DNA of 30,712 nucleotides from Terrimicrobiaceae bacterium (GCA_041752695.1 JBGSVZ010000010.1:1-30712); one strand, 5' to 3'; positions 17,355 to 27,022 are shown, numbered from the stretch's first letter. The notes: a model not told the origin generated them from the sequence alone. Translations and numbers: made by a program.

Positions 17355-19792
17355 GATTTTGCGCGGGCCGGGGTGAAGACAGTGAGGCCGTCGAGGTTTT
17401 TGCGTTGTGGAGCCAGGAGACTGCAGAGGTAGCCGATCACAATGCAGGAGAGGATTGCGATGGGGAGGTAGGAGCCCCAGTGCAGAGGAGTGAATGCCTT
17501 GACCAGTGCGGTGATAATCATGCTTCCGACGGCCCCGCAGATGGCGCCAAATCCGTTCGCCCGTTTAGTGAACATGCCGAGCGAATACACGCCAACGATT
17601 CCGCCACCGAGCAAGGCACCCAACTGACTCCAGACGACCATCATGGATTTGATATCCTGCGCGGCCAGCGCCAGCGCCATCAACGTCCCAATGATGCCCA
17701 CCACATAGGATCCGATCTTAAGGCTAAGGAGTCGTTCGTGGTCTGTCGCGCCCTTGCGGAACTTCATGTAAAAATCCTCCGTGAACAACGTGGCTACGCT
17801 GTTCATAATGCTGGCCACCGTGCTCATCGAGGCGGCAAAGATGGCGGCGATAATCATTCCAGCCATGCCAATGGGCATGGCCTGAGCCACAAAAATCGGC
17901 ACGACCTGGTCGTTCAGCGCCGTTGGATCAAACTTCCCGGGGTTGGCATGGAAATATGCGAAAATCGCCAGCCCCATCACATTGACCAGGATGCCGATGA
18001 CAATGCCGCAGACCGTGCTCATGGCGTTGACCTTGCGGACCTCGGCGAGAGGTGCCGAGAAAACGCGCTGGATCACAGGTTGGTCGCCAGCCGTCGCCAC
18101 TGTGCAAGTAACAAACTGCATCAGGATGAGCATCCAAACTGCCGGAACCGCGACGTCCCACGTCACGAGGGCAAAGTCAAATTTCCCATAATCCTGTCCA
18201 ATCTGAAAAAACTGCCCCGCTCCACCGGGCAATCCCGTGATGCAGACATAGATGATCGCAATCGGCGCGAGCAGCATCAACGCCGCCTGGAAAACCTCGG
18301 TCCAAATGACGGCCTCGAATCCTCCCACCGCCGTGTAAACCGTCGTCAGAAGCCCCATCACGAGCACGCTGACATACACATTGATCCCGGTGACGGCCGA
18401 GATCGCGAGGGCCGGCAGAACGAGGACAACGCTGGTTCTCGCAAAGGTTTGAAAGAGGATGGACTGCAGGCTGGAAAGAATGCGCAGGGTCTTATTGAAG
18501 CGTCGCTCGAGGTATTCGTACGTCGAGGTGATTTCCAAACGCCGCAACATCGGAAAAATAAGGTACGCTGTGACAAAAAATCCGGGAACGAATGCGACGA
18601 GCGGGAAAAGCCAGACGAGGTTGGTGGCAAAGGACAGGGCCGGAATGGCCATGAAGCTGATGGCGGAGGCCCCGGTGGCAAACATGCTGAGACCTGCCGC
18701 CCACCACTTGATTTTGCGGTTTCCCAGCGAAAACTCCTCGCTGGACTCCTGACTCCGGAAGGAAAATCCAATCCAACCGAGAATGACAAAGTAGAGAACA
18801 ATCACCCCATAATCCAGCCACTGGAGAGATCGCACGGAACGTTGCGGCCGAATCTTAACCGCCTCCATTTTTCCAAGAGGCCCCTCTCCAATCAAAACGA
18901 TATCGCCTCCCGACTTGCTCGCAACAGGTCGGGCAATTGTTGAGCTGAGATCGAGTTTTGCCCACGCATCGGTCAGTGTGTGGAAGAACCATGCCGTTGC
19001 AGGTCCGCCCGCTCCGGTCACATCCCCTGCAGGGCTGGTGGCCCCACCCAACAGAAGAACTTGGGCCTGTCCGATCGGCAGCGCGGCCGCACCCGTGATC
19101 CCAGAAGGCATGTCACTGAGGCGTTTCCAACCCGCGACGTCCGTGCCTTCCAAGGGCTTGGGACGAAAGACCCAGGTTTCCGTCAGCGGTTGAGCACCCA
19201 TGCCGCCAAAAACACACAACATGCCATATTGTTCCGTCGCCGCCGCGAACGCACGGGGTTCGACCGGAAAGGCCGGACCCGCCTGCCAGGCAGTGGGTTC
19301 CTTCAGGTTCAACACCCAAAAGTCAGCCGTGGGAACCATTGGGGCCAGGGAGGTGGCCCCGCCGAAAACATAAAGTTTGTCGCCAATCACCGCGGAGGCA
19401 GCGCCGGCCACGGCCTTCGGCAAATCGGGCAGCGGACGCAGAACCGGCCGCCCATCTTGCAATTCCAACATGGACACCGCGGCCGTCGGCGTGTTGGCAT
19501 TCTGTCCGCCGGAAAGAATCCAGGCGTTTCCCCAGCGGGCGGCGGTCGCATCCCGAGGCACGGCAATCCCTGTCGCCTCCCAGTCTTTGCCCCCGCGCGA
19601 GGTCCAGAGAACATTTCCTGCGTTGTCGTTTCCCGAGGCAAGGAGGGTGTCGCCGATGGCCACCAGAAAACCTCCCGTCGAGGTGAAAGACGGAGAGCCC
19701 AGGGGCTCGACCGTCATAGGCTGGGTGGGCAGAGATGGCGCGGCCAGCAAGTGGGACGCTCCGAGGAGGAGAAGGGGAAGGAGGACTTTCAT
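17351..19792 (-). CDS. Kelch-repeat (NanM/mutarotase-like) domain fused to a sodium:solute symporter (SSS, SiaT-like)
   Basis: Signal peptide MKVLLPLLLLGASHLLA; Kelch blades (WILSGG, LYVFGG, LCVFGG, VLLLGG); SSS motifs WWAAGLSMFAT, YEYLERRF, GGFEAVIWTEVFQ, DQPVIQR and AAIFAASMST; about 13 hydrophobic segments. Confidence 0.92.
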   Translation of the reverse strand: MKVLLPLLLLGASHLLAAPSLPTQPMTVEPLGSPSFTSTGGFLVAIGDTLLASGNDNAGNVLWTSRGGKDWEATGIAVPRDATAARWGNAWILSGGQNANTPTAAVSMLELQDGRPVLRPLPDLPKAVAGAASAVIGDKLYVFGGATSLAPMVPTADFWVLNLKEPTAWQAGPAFPVEPRAFAAATEQYGMLCVFGGMGAQPLTETWVFRPKPLEGTDVAGWKRLSDMPSGITGAAALPIGQAQVLLLGGATSPAGDVTGAGGPATAWFFHTLTDAWAKLDLSSTIARPVASKSGGDIVLIGEGPLGKMEAVKIRPQRSVRSLQWLDYGVIVLYFVILGWIGFSFRSQESSEEFSLGNRKIKWWAAGLSMFATGASAISFMAIPALSFATNLVWLFPLVAFVPGFFVTAYLIFPMLRRLEITSTYEYLERRFNKTLRILSSLQSILFQTFARTSVVLVLPALAISAVTGINVYVSVLVMGLLTTVYTAVGGFEAVIWTEVFQAALMLLAPIAIIYVCITGLPGGAGQFFQIGQDYGKFDFALVTWDVAVPAVWMLILMQFVTCTVATAGDQPVIQRVFSAPLAEVRKVNAMSTVCGIVIGILVNVMGLAIFAYFHANPGKFDPTALNDQVVPIFVAQAMPIGMAGMIIAAIFAASMSTVASIMNSVATLFTEDFYMKFRKGATDHERLLSLKIGSYVVGIIGTLMALALAAQDIKSMMVVWSQLGALLGGGIVGVYSLGMFTKRANGFGAICGAVGSMIITALVKAFTPLHWGSYLPIAILSCIVIGYLCSLLAPQRKNLDGLTVFTPARAKS

Positions 19793-19812
19793 AAGCAACA
19801 AAGGGAGAGAAT

Positions 19813-20820
19813 TCAGAGAGGGGGAATTGCGGAGGACCCGGGCGCAACCAGCGCGGGATCCCCTGGTTGAACACGGGCTTGGAGGAGAATCCTGCGAACG
19901 GACTCCAGCGGGGCTTCGATGCGATGATGCAGGCACCGAACCGCGGCAGCACCCAGATCTTCCAGATTGGTCGTCAAAGCCGTCCAGCAGGTGGGCCGAC
20001 CGGTATAACCCGCTGAGAGAAAGACCGCCAGGGCCACATCCCCAGGCACCCGCCAGCCTGCACCACGGAAGCGTTCGGCCAAGATCTCGGCGTTGGTCAC
20101 ATCGGAACAGATCCAGGCCCGCGTTCCGGCTTGCGCCATTTTCAAAGCCTCCTGCCAGTCAGCGGCATGAAAGCCCCTGCGGCCATGATCGCCGCAGGCC
20201 GTTTGAAAGGCTCCCGCCAGTTGCCGGGTGAAGGAAACCTTCCCGTCACCTCCGTAAAAACCCAGATCGCCCTCCGCTAGGCACCCGACCAAACGGTCCA
20301 TGCCGTCAAAGGGATCAATTCCCACATGGTCAATCCCGGGAAACGCTCGAAAGAGGGAGACGAGCGGGCGCAGGCGACCCAATTCCTCCACCACGGATTC
20401 CGGCCAATCCTGGGATAAAATAATTCCGTCCACCTGCCCCGCCCGCAGCGCAGGAGGTTGCCACTTCGGCTGCAAAATGCTTTCCGGTGCCTCAGGCGGA
20501 GTCTGATGGGTGACGATCGAAATATTCAGCTCGATCGCAGACCTGCTCACTCCCGCCAGCGCGTCATACGGCACCATCCCCACATCCCCCCGCGACAGCA
20601 CCAGCATGGTTCGCGTGCCACCAGCCCGGTTGCCGGGGCTCCGGGACAATCCGCGGTAACCCGCCCGCGCAGCTTCCGCCAACACTCTGGCACGCGTTGC
20701 AACATCCACTCCCTCGGCATTTCGCAGGGCTCGCGATACCGTCGAGACCGACAAACCAAGGCGCACTGACAAATCGCTCAGGTTGGTGGCGGCACCGTTT
20801 CGTTCAGGGAAGGAACTCAT
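19813..20820 (-). CDS. LacI-family transcriptional regulator (paralog 2 of a pair)
   Basis: HTH NLSDLSVRLGLSVSTVSRAL, QPPALRAGQVDGIIL, GWRVPGDVAL and DLGAAAVRCL; ends 20 nt before the SSS start. Confidence 0.9.
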   Translation of the reverse strand: MSSFPERNGAATNLSDLSVRLGLSVSTVSRALRNAEGVDVATRARVLAEAARAGYRGLSRSPGNRAGGTRTMLVLSRGDVGMVPYDALAGVSRSAIELNISIVTHQTPPEAPESILQPKWQPPALRAGQVDGIILSQDWPESVVEELGRLRPLVSLFRAFPGIDHVGIDPFDGMDRLVGCLAEGDLGFYGGDGKVSFTRQLAGAFQTACGDHGRRGFHAADWQEALKMAQAGTRAWICSDVTNAEILAERFRGAGWRVPGDVALAVFLSAGYTGRPTCWTALTTNLEDLGAAAVRCLHHRIEAPLESVRRILLQARVQPGDPALVAPGSSAIPPL

Positions 20821-20859
20821 TTCTTGATGCACTCTCGCAAAACTATCGGGAGAAAGATA

Positions 20860-20874
20860 GCAAAAAATAGCAAC
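20860..20874. promoter_or_regulatory. Direct-repeat motif GCAAA-AAATA-GCAAC
   Basis: Matches the motif at 14638 and 14696; lies in the AT-rich divergent region between LacI paralog 2 and the pseudopilin operon. Confidence 0.5.
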
Positions 20875-20952
20875 ACGATGAAAAAAGATTGCGGTTTCTT
20901 ATTTTTGCTGTAAAGACATTGTGTACGCAGTCTTGACGGTACCTCTCCCCCC

Positions 20953-23900
20953 ATGCATCGCCCCGGCATCATCACTCCGCCCCGTTACCCCCGGATTTCC
21001 GGAGGGTTCATCCTCGTTTCCGTCCTCCTGATCATTGCCCTGGCCACACTGTTGGTGGTCGTCGCCAGCATGATGGCGCAAATCGAACGGCGGGCGGCCG
21101 CCAACTCGACCAAGCTGGACCAGGCCCGCGGTAACGCGCTCTTCGCCCTCGATGTCGCGCTCAACCAAATCCAGACCGAGGCCGGCCCCGACCAGCGCAT
21201 CACCGCCCGCGCGGAAATTTTGGACGATACGCCCGCCACCACGAATGTCACCGGCGTGAACCAGCCCTATTGGACTGGGGTTTGGAAAACCGGAACCAAC
21301 AGCCTCGACGTGGGCGCAAACCCCCAGCGGGCCATCAGCCTGGGGAGCACGAGTCCGACCAACTCCCAGATCGCCGCCAATGCCGCTTGGTTGATCTCCG
21401 GCACGAATGGAAACGCCCTGACTTTCACCGGCGCGACAAACGGCACAACGCGCGACGCGGTGGTCATTGCCGGAAACTACGGGGCCGGCGCAAACAATGT
21501 CATCGCCCCGCTGGTACAAATTTCCACGAGCACCAGCACCAACGGGGCTTACGCCTACTGGGTGAGTGACGAGGGGGTGAAAGCGAAGGTAAACATGAGC
21601 GACCCGACACTCGGGGTTTCCGCCGCCGCCGATCCCTCGCGCAGCCAGCTGCATTTTTTCGCCAGCCAAGCCTCCGCGGGACACAAGGGAGTGTCGGCCT
21701 TCGGAGGCACGGACGTGCGATCCGACCCGAACCTCTCGAAAATCACCACCCTTCAGTCGCTGGCAAACTTGTCCGGCAGCCCCGCCTTTTCCGGAACCAA
21801 TGCTTCGCGTTTTTCTCCCGATGTGACCGTGGTGAGCCGGAGCGTGCTGGCGGACGTCCGCCGCGGAGGCCTGAAAAAAGATCTCACGGCCGCCCTGGAG
21901 GACCTGACGGCCTTCTCCGCCCTGCGGGCGAACTACGGAAACGGAGCCGAGATGGTTTACCGCTCAGCCTCCGCCGCCGGACTCACCACTCCGCCGATTG
22001 ATACCGGAGTGACCCCCCCGACGGACGGCCTACTCTGGCAAAATCTCTATTTTCACTACAATGCCTACAAGGCCGCGATGCCTGCCCCAGCCGCACTGTC
22101 CGGCACTCCCACCCCGGTGACGCCCACCAGCAGCGGAAATCCGGCGGCACTCCCCCAGGTCCAGTCTTTCCGAGCGTACAGCCTGTCCCTGGGCGGCTCG
22201 ACGACCAAGGTCGGCAACCTGCTCCCGATTCCCATCGCGTACCGGGTGGACGTTGCCATGTCCAGCTACCAGGACGCCGGCGGTTGGAAGCTGCGGCTTC
22301 ACTACTATCCCCAAATGGTTCTCTGGAACCCCTATTCCGTGCGACTGAGCACCGCGGCCTTCCAGTTTCAGCGCAACATCGCCGCCTTCTCGGGAGCGGG
22401 GAGCTACAACCCAACATCCCCGACGATCACCTCCATGCGGATCGTCTCTACCACGGGCGCAATAACGACGACCGGTCCGTACTTCCGCGTCAACCAGACC
22501 ACGGCCGGCGCAGGACGGCTGACCCTGAGGACCCAAAGCGGCGCGAGTGCCGTGCTCGAACCGGGGGAAACCCGGGTCTTCGCCCTCGACCAGGACGCTC
22601 TCCTGGGGTCCCCCCAGTTGGCGATTTCTTTTGCAAACCTGGTTTCCAATCCAAACATGTCAGCGGATTTTTCCCAGCAGTGCGACGTGTTGGCCGGGGC
22701 TGATCCCGTCACAGGGGTCAGCACAGGCGTGCCATTTTCCACCCCCGATCCCAACACCTTGATCAACGTCAATTTGGCGGCGGCATCGCTCCGTTGCCAA
22801 AACGTGGATACATTTGTCGTGCCCCGGCAATTAAAGTGGCCCGGCAATGATGGAGATGTGCGCTACCTTGCTGGCGGCGGCTGGGATCTGGCGGCGGCGG
22901 TGTCTCCTTGGAACGCTTCTTTGCAGATTCAGCAGCTCAACGGTGCTCCCCGGCGGATTATCGGATTCTACGTCCGACAAAAAGGGCTGCTCGCCTCTTC
23001 TGGTCCTAATACCTATAGCAACTCAGCGGCGGCGGTTCCGGTCTTCATGGGCAATGCCGCGACCGTCACGCCGATTGAGGACGCCTTCTCGTATGCCTGG
23101 CAGGAGGTCTATTTGAGCCCGCTCGGGTCGCTCTACCAGAATGGTCAGACGGATGTGCAGATCACCCCTTCCGGCTCCAACTGGGAAACTTCCTTCGGCA
23201 ACGAAAGCGCCGGCGTCGGAGCCCCGGGCACACGCGTGGTGCTCCGGGACGTGCCCAATCAGCCCCTGGTTTCCCTCGGCCAGTTTATGCACATGCCGGC
23301 CATCAATTTCCGTTCCATCGGAACTTTCGAGGTCCTCGGAATGGGCTCGATGTTCGTGGGTGGATCTTATGCGTCACCCGTCATTGCAACCACCTCGAAC
23401 GCCAGTGCGGTCCCGCTGGGAACCGTCGGCGGCGGCGCGCCCAACAATAAGCTGTTCCTGGACGACAGCTTCCTCGCCAACGAGGCCCTTTTTGATCGGT
23501 TCTTTTTCTCCACCGTCCCCCCTCAAAGTCTGGCACCCGGCACGATCTATCCCGCCACCTGGACGGAATTCAACACGGCCAATTCCGGCAGCATCCTTTC
23601 CGACGTATCAAAACCGCTGCTGAACTCGCGAATGAAGCCGTACTTTGCCAATGGCACCGCCCCGCAAATGGCTGACCTCCGCAACCCGGAAAAAGCCGCG
23701 GCGAACCTGCTCCTCGACGGCGGTTTTAATGTCAACTCCACCTCCGTGGACGCGTGGAAGGCGTTCCTCGCCGGGCTCTCCGGTAACGACCTCCGGATCT
23801 GGGACGCGACGCAGAAGGCCGCTGTCTCCGAGTCTCCAGGCTCCGGCACCCCATTTTCCCGCTTTTGGTCGGCTTCGGGGCGGACCACCGCCAACCAACT

Positions 23901-24513
23901 CTGGAGTGGACTCCGCGTTCTCTCCGATAACGAACTGACGGAACTGGCCACCCGTATTGTCGAACAGGTCAAGCTCCGCGGACCCTTCCTATCCCTGGCC
24001 GATTTCCTAAACCGTCGCCTTGGAGCGGCTGGGCCCCTCACCCGAGCCGGGACTCTTCAGGCGGCGATTGATACCACCATCCCAGACATCAATGCCTCCG
24101 TGAAAGCTTTCGGCACCACGGTCAACGCCGCGGCCCCGCCTGAAGCCAACAAAATTCCCAACCTCATCCCAGCGAACATGACCGACTCCGGGGGGAACAC
24201 CTGGAACACAACCATCGGCGTCCCCGGCTATCTCATGCAGCAGGACCTTGTTCAGCCTCTTTCCCCCGCGATGACCGTCCGCTCCGACACGTTTCTTGTG
24301 CGAACCTACGGGGAGGTCAGAAATCCCAAAAGCGGCATCATTGAAGGTCGCGTCTGGGGCGAGGCGGTTGTCCAACGCACGCCGGAACTGACCGACCCGA
24401 GCCAGGACCCGGAGGTCAATCAGGCCACCATCAACACGAATACCGTAAACGCCGCCTTCGGTCGCCGCTTCAAAGTGGTGTCCTTCCGCTGGCTGAATGA
24501 CGATGAAATCTAA
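20953..24513 (+). CDS. Large Verru_Chthon cassette protein A-like protein (PilX/GspK-like N-terminus)
   Basis: GG|FILVSVLLIIALATLLVV without Glu5; GPDQRITARA, YAYWVSDEGVKA, GGFNVNSTSVDAW, RGPFLSLADFLNR, RSDTFLVRTYG and C-terminal FGRRFKVVSFRWL; 1186 aa. Confidence 0.8.
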   Translation: MHRPGIITPPRYPRISGGFILVSVLLIIALATLLVVVASMMAQIERRAAANSTKLDQARGNALFALDVALNQIQTEAGPDQRITARAEILDDTPATTNVTGVNQPYWTGVWKTGTNSLDVGANPQRAISLGSTSPTNSQIAANAAWLISGTNGNALTFTGATNGTTRDAVVIAGNYGAGANNVIAPLVQISTSTSTNGAYAYWVSDEGVKAKVNMSDPTLGVSAAADPSRSQLHFFASQASAGHKGVSAFGGTDVRSDPNLSKITTLQSLANLSGSPAFSGTNASRFSPDVTVVSRSVLADVRRGGLKKDLTAALEDLTAFSALRANYGNGAEMVYRSASAAGLTTPPIDTGVTPPTDGLLWQNLYFHYNAYKAAMPAPAALSGTPTPVTPTSSGNPAALPQVQSFRAYSLSLGGSTTKVGNLLPIPIAYRVDVAMSSYQDAGGWKLRLHYYPQMVLWNPYSVRLSTAAFQFQRNIAAFSGAGSYNPTSPTITSMRIVSTTGAITTTGPYFRVNQTTAGAGRLTLRTQSGASAVLEPGETRVFALDQDALLGSPQLAISFANLVSNPNMSADFSQQCDVLAGADPVTGVSTGVPFSTPDPNTLINVNLAAASLRCQNVDTFVVPRQLKWPGNDGDVRYLAGGGWDLAAAVSPWNASLQIQQLNGAPRRIIGFYVRQKGLLASSGPNTYSNSAAAVPVFMGNAATVTPIEDAFSYAWQEVYLSPLGSLYQNGQTDVQITPSGSNWETSFGNESAGVGAPGTRVVLRDVPNQPLVSLGQFMHMPAINFRSIGTFEVLGMGSMFVGGSYASPVIATTSNASAVPLGTVGGGAPNNKLFLDDSFLANEALFDRFFFSTVPPQSLAPGTIYPATWTEFNTANSGSILSDVSKPLLNSRMKPYFANGTAPQMADLRNPEKAAANLLLDGGFNVNSTSVDAWKAFLAGLSGNDLRIWDATQKAAVSESPGSGTPFSRFWSASGRTTANQLWSGLRVLSDNELTELATRIVEQVKLRGPFLSLADFLNRRLGAAGPLTRAGTLQAAIDTTIPDINASVKAFGTTVNAAAPPEANKIPNLIPANMTDSGGNTWNTTIGVPGYLMQQDLVQPLSPAMTVRSDTFLVRTYGEVRNPKSGIIEGRVWGEAVVQRTPELTDPSQDPEVNQATINTNTVNAAFGRRFKVVSFRWLNDDEI

Positions 24514-25132
24514 GGTTCTTATTCTGCTTTTTCTTTTGCCCGCCTTCGGGCTGTCCGCGGAAGATGCGGTCACCGTAAAATTCCGTGCGGTCGCGCCCGG
24601 ACTGGCTCCCTTGGCCGTGACCTGCCCATCGGCCAAGCCCAGCAGCATCACAATTCCCGAAGGCGCCCGCTCGGCCCTGCATGCTTACCGCGGCAGCGCT
24701 TCGACCGAATTCCAAGACCCTGCCGGACAGCGAGTGTTCCCGGTCCAATTCCCGCCCGGCAAGAAACCCCTTCTGGTCGTTCTCCTCGCCGCAGAATCCG
24801 CCAACCCGGAAACGCTGGTCTTTGAGGAGGACCTCCCCACGGAACCTATGGGGTCGATCACCATGATCAACATCGGCTCCCGGCCTGTGAAAGCCACGGT
24901 AGCCGGCAGCGAGCAGATGATCGAACCAAAGGCAAAAGCCATTTTCGCAGGGGCGGACAAGCCTACCGCTTTTGTCCAGATCACATCCCCCGACACCGGC
25001 GAAATTTTGCTTTCCAACAACTGGGGAATCACCCCTCGCGGCCGAACCCTCGTCCTAATCGAATGGCCGGAGAAGGCGCCTGCACGTTTGGTATTCCACC
25101 GCATCACCGAAAACGAGCCGCTCAAAAAATGA
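24503..25132 (+). CDS. Secreted hypothetical protein X1 (cassette-associated)
   Basis: Signal peptide MKSKVLILLFLLPAFGLSA; overlaps the upstream stop; paralog of the next gene. An alternative ATG lies at 24497. Confidence 0.8.
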   Translation: MKSKVLILLFLLPAFGLSAEDAVTVKFRAVAPGLAPLAVTCPSAKPSSITIPEGARSALHAYRGSASTEFQDPAGQRVFPVQFPPGKKPLLVVLLAAESANPETLVFEEDLPTEPMGSITMINIGSRPVKATVAGSEQMIEPKAKAIFAGADKPTAFVQITSPDTGEILLSNNWGITPRGRTLVLIEWPEKAPARLVFHRITENEPLKK

Positions 25133-25842
25133 ACCTCGCGACCCTCTTATTTCTCGCCTTTGTCCTGGCCGCCCTCCCGGTCGGTGCTCAAGAAAAGCCG
25201 CCCGCCAAAGAGACCCCTTCCTTTCGCACCCTGGGGCTCGGATACTCTGCCCAGGATCTATTTTATCTGAAGGAAAACAAGGATGTTCCTCTGTCCATTA
25301 CTGAGGATTCGCGCTCCCAGTTCTTCGTCCAACCCGGCGGAACGACCCTTAGCCTCTATCGCCTCACTAAGAATACCGATGGAGAGGTGAAACGTCAGCC
25401 GGTCGTTTCCGTGGAACTGACCAAGGGAGGCCGCCTGCCGCTCCTCCTCTTTTCTCCCGGAAAAACCGCGCCCGTCGTGGAGGTGCTGGATGACAGTCTC
25501 GCGACCTTTCCCGCAGGCTCCTATCGCGTGCTCAACCGGCTTGGCGAGGAAATCCGCACGCTTTTCGGGAAGTCCCCCGCGACCGTGCCAGGACGGTCGG
25601 ACCGCGTCATCGACGGCGAAAAGGATCGGAATGGAAACACCCTCTTTGTGCAGATCCACCTGGCGGGAAAAAATCCCCCAAAACTCGTCTTCTCGAACAA
25701 TTGGGCCTTCGGCGCCGGTCTTCGGACCATGGTTGTCGTCATGCCCCCGGTCGCTCCCTCCAATCTTCCCGCCGTCCGCCGCATCGCCGAACCCGTAGAA
25801 ATGATTACCCCTCTTTCATCCCAGCCCGCACCCCAATCATGA
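25129..25842 (+). CDS. Secreted hypothetical protein X2 (paralog of X1)
   Basis: ATGA overlap at 25129-25132; signal peptide MNLATLLFLAFVLAALPVGA; shares SNNW...RT and P-x-GS...N motifs with X1. Confidence 0.8.
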   Translation: MNLATLLFLAFVLAALPVGAQEKPPAKETPSFRTLGLGYSAQDLFYLKENKDVPLSITEDSRSQFFVQPGGTTLSLYRLTKNTDGEVKRQPVVSVELTKGGRLPLLLFSPGKTAPVVEVLDDSLATFPAGSYRVLNRLGEEIRTLFGKSPATVPGRSDRVIDGEKDRNGNTLFVQIHLAGKNPPKLVFSNNWAFGAGLRTMVVVMPPVAPSNLPAVRRIAEPVEMITPLSSQPAPQS

Positions 25843-26438
25843 AAACTCCTTCACGTTCTTTACGCTCCGCCTTTTCCCTCATCGAACTCCTCGTCGTGAT
25901 GGCCATCATTGGCATTCTGGCGGCGGCGGGTTCCGTGGCCCTGAGCGGAAACACCAAATCCATCCAGGGCTCGGCCATGGCGGCCTCCACGCTCTTTGGC
26001 CTGGCTCGGACGGAGGCCATCCTGCGCAACGAGGACGTCCTCGTCCTGGTCGATACCAGCTACAACTCCGCGCGGCCGGAGAACTACCTGCGACGCATGA
26101 CCTTGGTCACCTCGACCAACAACGGGGCAACCTATGAGCAGATCTCGCGCTGGACCACCCTGCCCGACAAGGCGTTTTACAACGTAGCGGCGAGTGGTCT
26201 GACAAACGCCCCGATCAGCGTGCCCAACCTCCCGGGAGCTACCGGGTCGGGCCCCTACTCCTGGTACCGCTTCAAACCCAACGGCCAGACGGATCGGGCG
26301 AAGTTTGTCCTTTCCACCGGCTCGGTGGTGGGCGGCACCTTTCAGGAAACCGGGGAATCGTTCCGTAGCGGGTTCCAGCTTCACAAATTCGGCAAACAAA
26401 CCTTCTACGCCGACGCTTCGAGCATTCCCCAACCATGA
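25839..26438 (+). CDS. Prepilin-type protein, FimT/GspH-like (Verru_Chthon D-like)
   Basis: ATGA overlap; SA|FSLIELLVVMAIIGILAAAG; LARTEAILRN and YRFKPNG typical of FimT/GspH-type minor pilins. Confidence 0.87.
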   Translation: MKTPSRSLRSAFSLIELLVVMAIIGILAAAGSVALSGNTKSIQGSAMAASTLFGLARTEAILRNEDVLVLVDTSYNSARPENYLRRMTLVTSTNNGATYEQISRWTTLPDKAFYNVAASGLTNAPISVPNLPGATGSGPYSWYRFKPNGQTDRAKFVLSTGSVVGGTFQETGESFRSGFQLHKFGKQTFYADASSIPQP

Positions 26439-27022
26439 AGACCAGCCTCCCCGCGATTCGCCGGGATGCTTCGGCCCCCCGCGCATTCAGCCTTGTCGAG
26501 ATTATTCTCGCCGTCGGTGTGGTGGGCATCGCACTCCTCGCCATCCTTGGCCTGTTCGGAAGCATGCTGAAAACGAATGCCGAGACGATTTCTCAACAGG
26601 AAATGGTCGGCATCAGTCGATCCCTGTCTGACTTTCTCGGCTCCACCAACGCCACCCAGGGAGCCGGTTTCACTAATGTCTTCGGGTGGGTGAAAAATCC
26701 CCCGGACCCCGGCATTTTTTCTTATGCGGAGACAAACGGGGCGATCACCACCGGACTCGCCACCCAATTGCCCAACGTGGCAGGCCGGGGGGGCCGCCTC
26801 TACCGCATTGTGCCCCAGCTCTCCCCCAACATGCCGTTCCGCAATGCCGCCGGCAATCTCATTGCCCGCCCCCAGCCCTCCGACCTTCCAGCCAACGCCG
26901 CCGCTTACACCAATGCCGCCTCGTTGGCTTTGCAGATCAAGGTTTATGCGGTCGGATCCCCCACCGTTCCTTACACCAACCTCGCGCCGGTTTTTATTTA
27001 TGACACGACCGTCTCTCGCTAA
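26435..27022 (+). CDS. Prepilin-type protein, Verru_Chthon B-like (PilV/GspI-like)
   Basis: ATGA overlap; RA|FSLVEIILAVGVVGIALLAILGL. Confidence 0.87.
   Translation: MKTSLPAIRRDASAPRAFSLVEIILAVGVVGIALLAILGLFGSMLKTNAETISQQEMVGISRSLSDFLGSTNATQGAGFTNVFGWVKNPPDPGIFSYAETNGAITTGLATQLPNVAGRGGRLYRIVPQLSPNMPFRNAAGNLIARPQPSDLPANAAAYTNAASLALQIKVYAVGSPTVPYTNLAPVFIYDTTVSR

Noticed and set aside
16317..19792. Calling this a sialic acid (nan) operon
   Set aside because: No nanA, nanK, nanE or clear GH33 sialidase in the window; the substrate cannot be assigned from sequence.
19793..19936. Extended N-termini given by the ORF track (starts at 19936, 4615, 3485, 8844, 9230, 15416, 25063, 25701, 26724)
   Set aside because: Downstream starts give proper signal peptides or family-typical N-termini and tidy stop/start overlaps.
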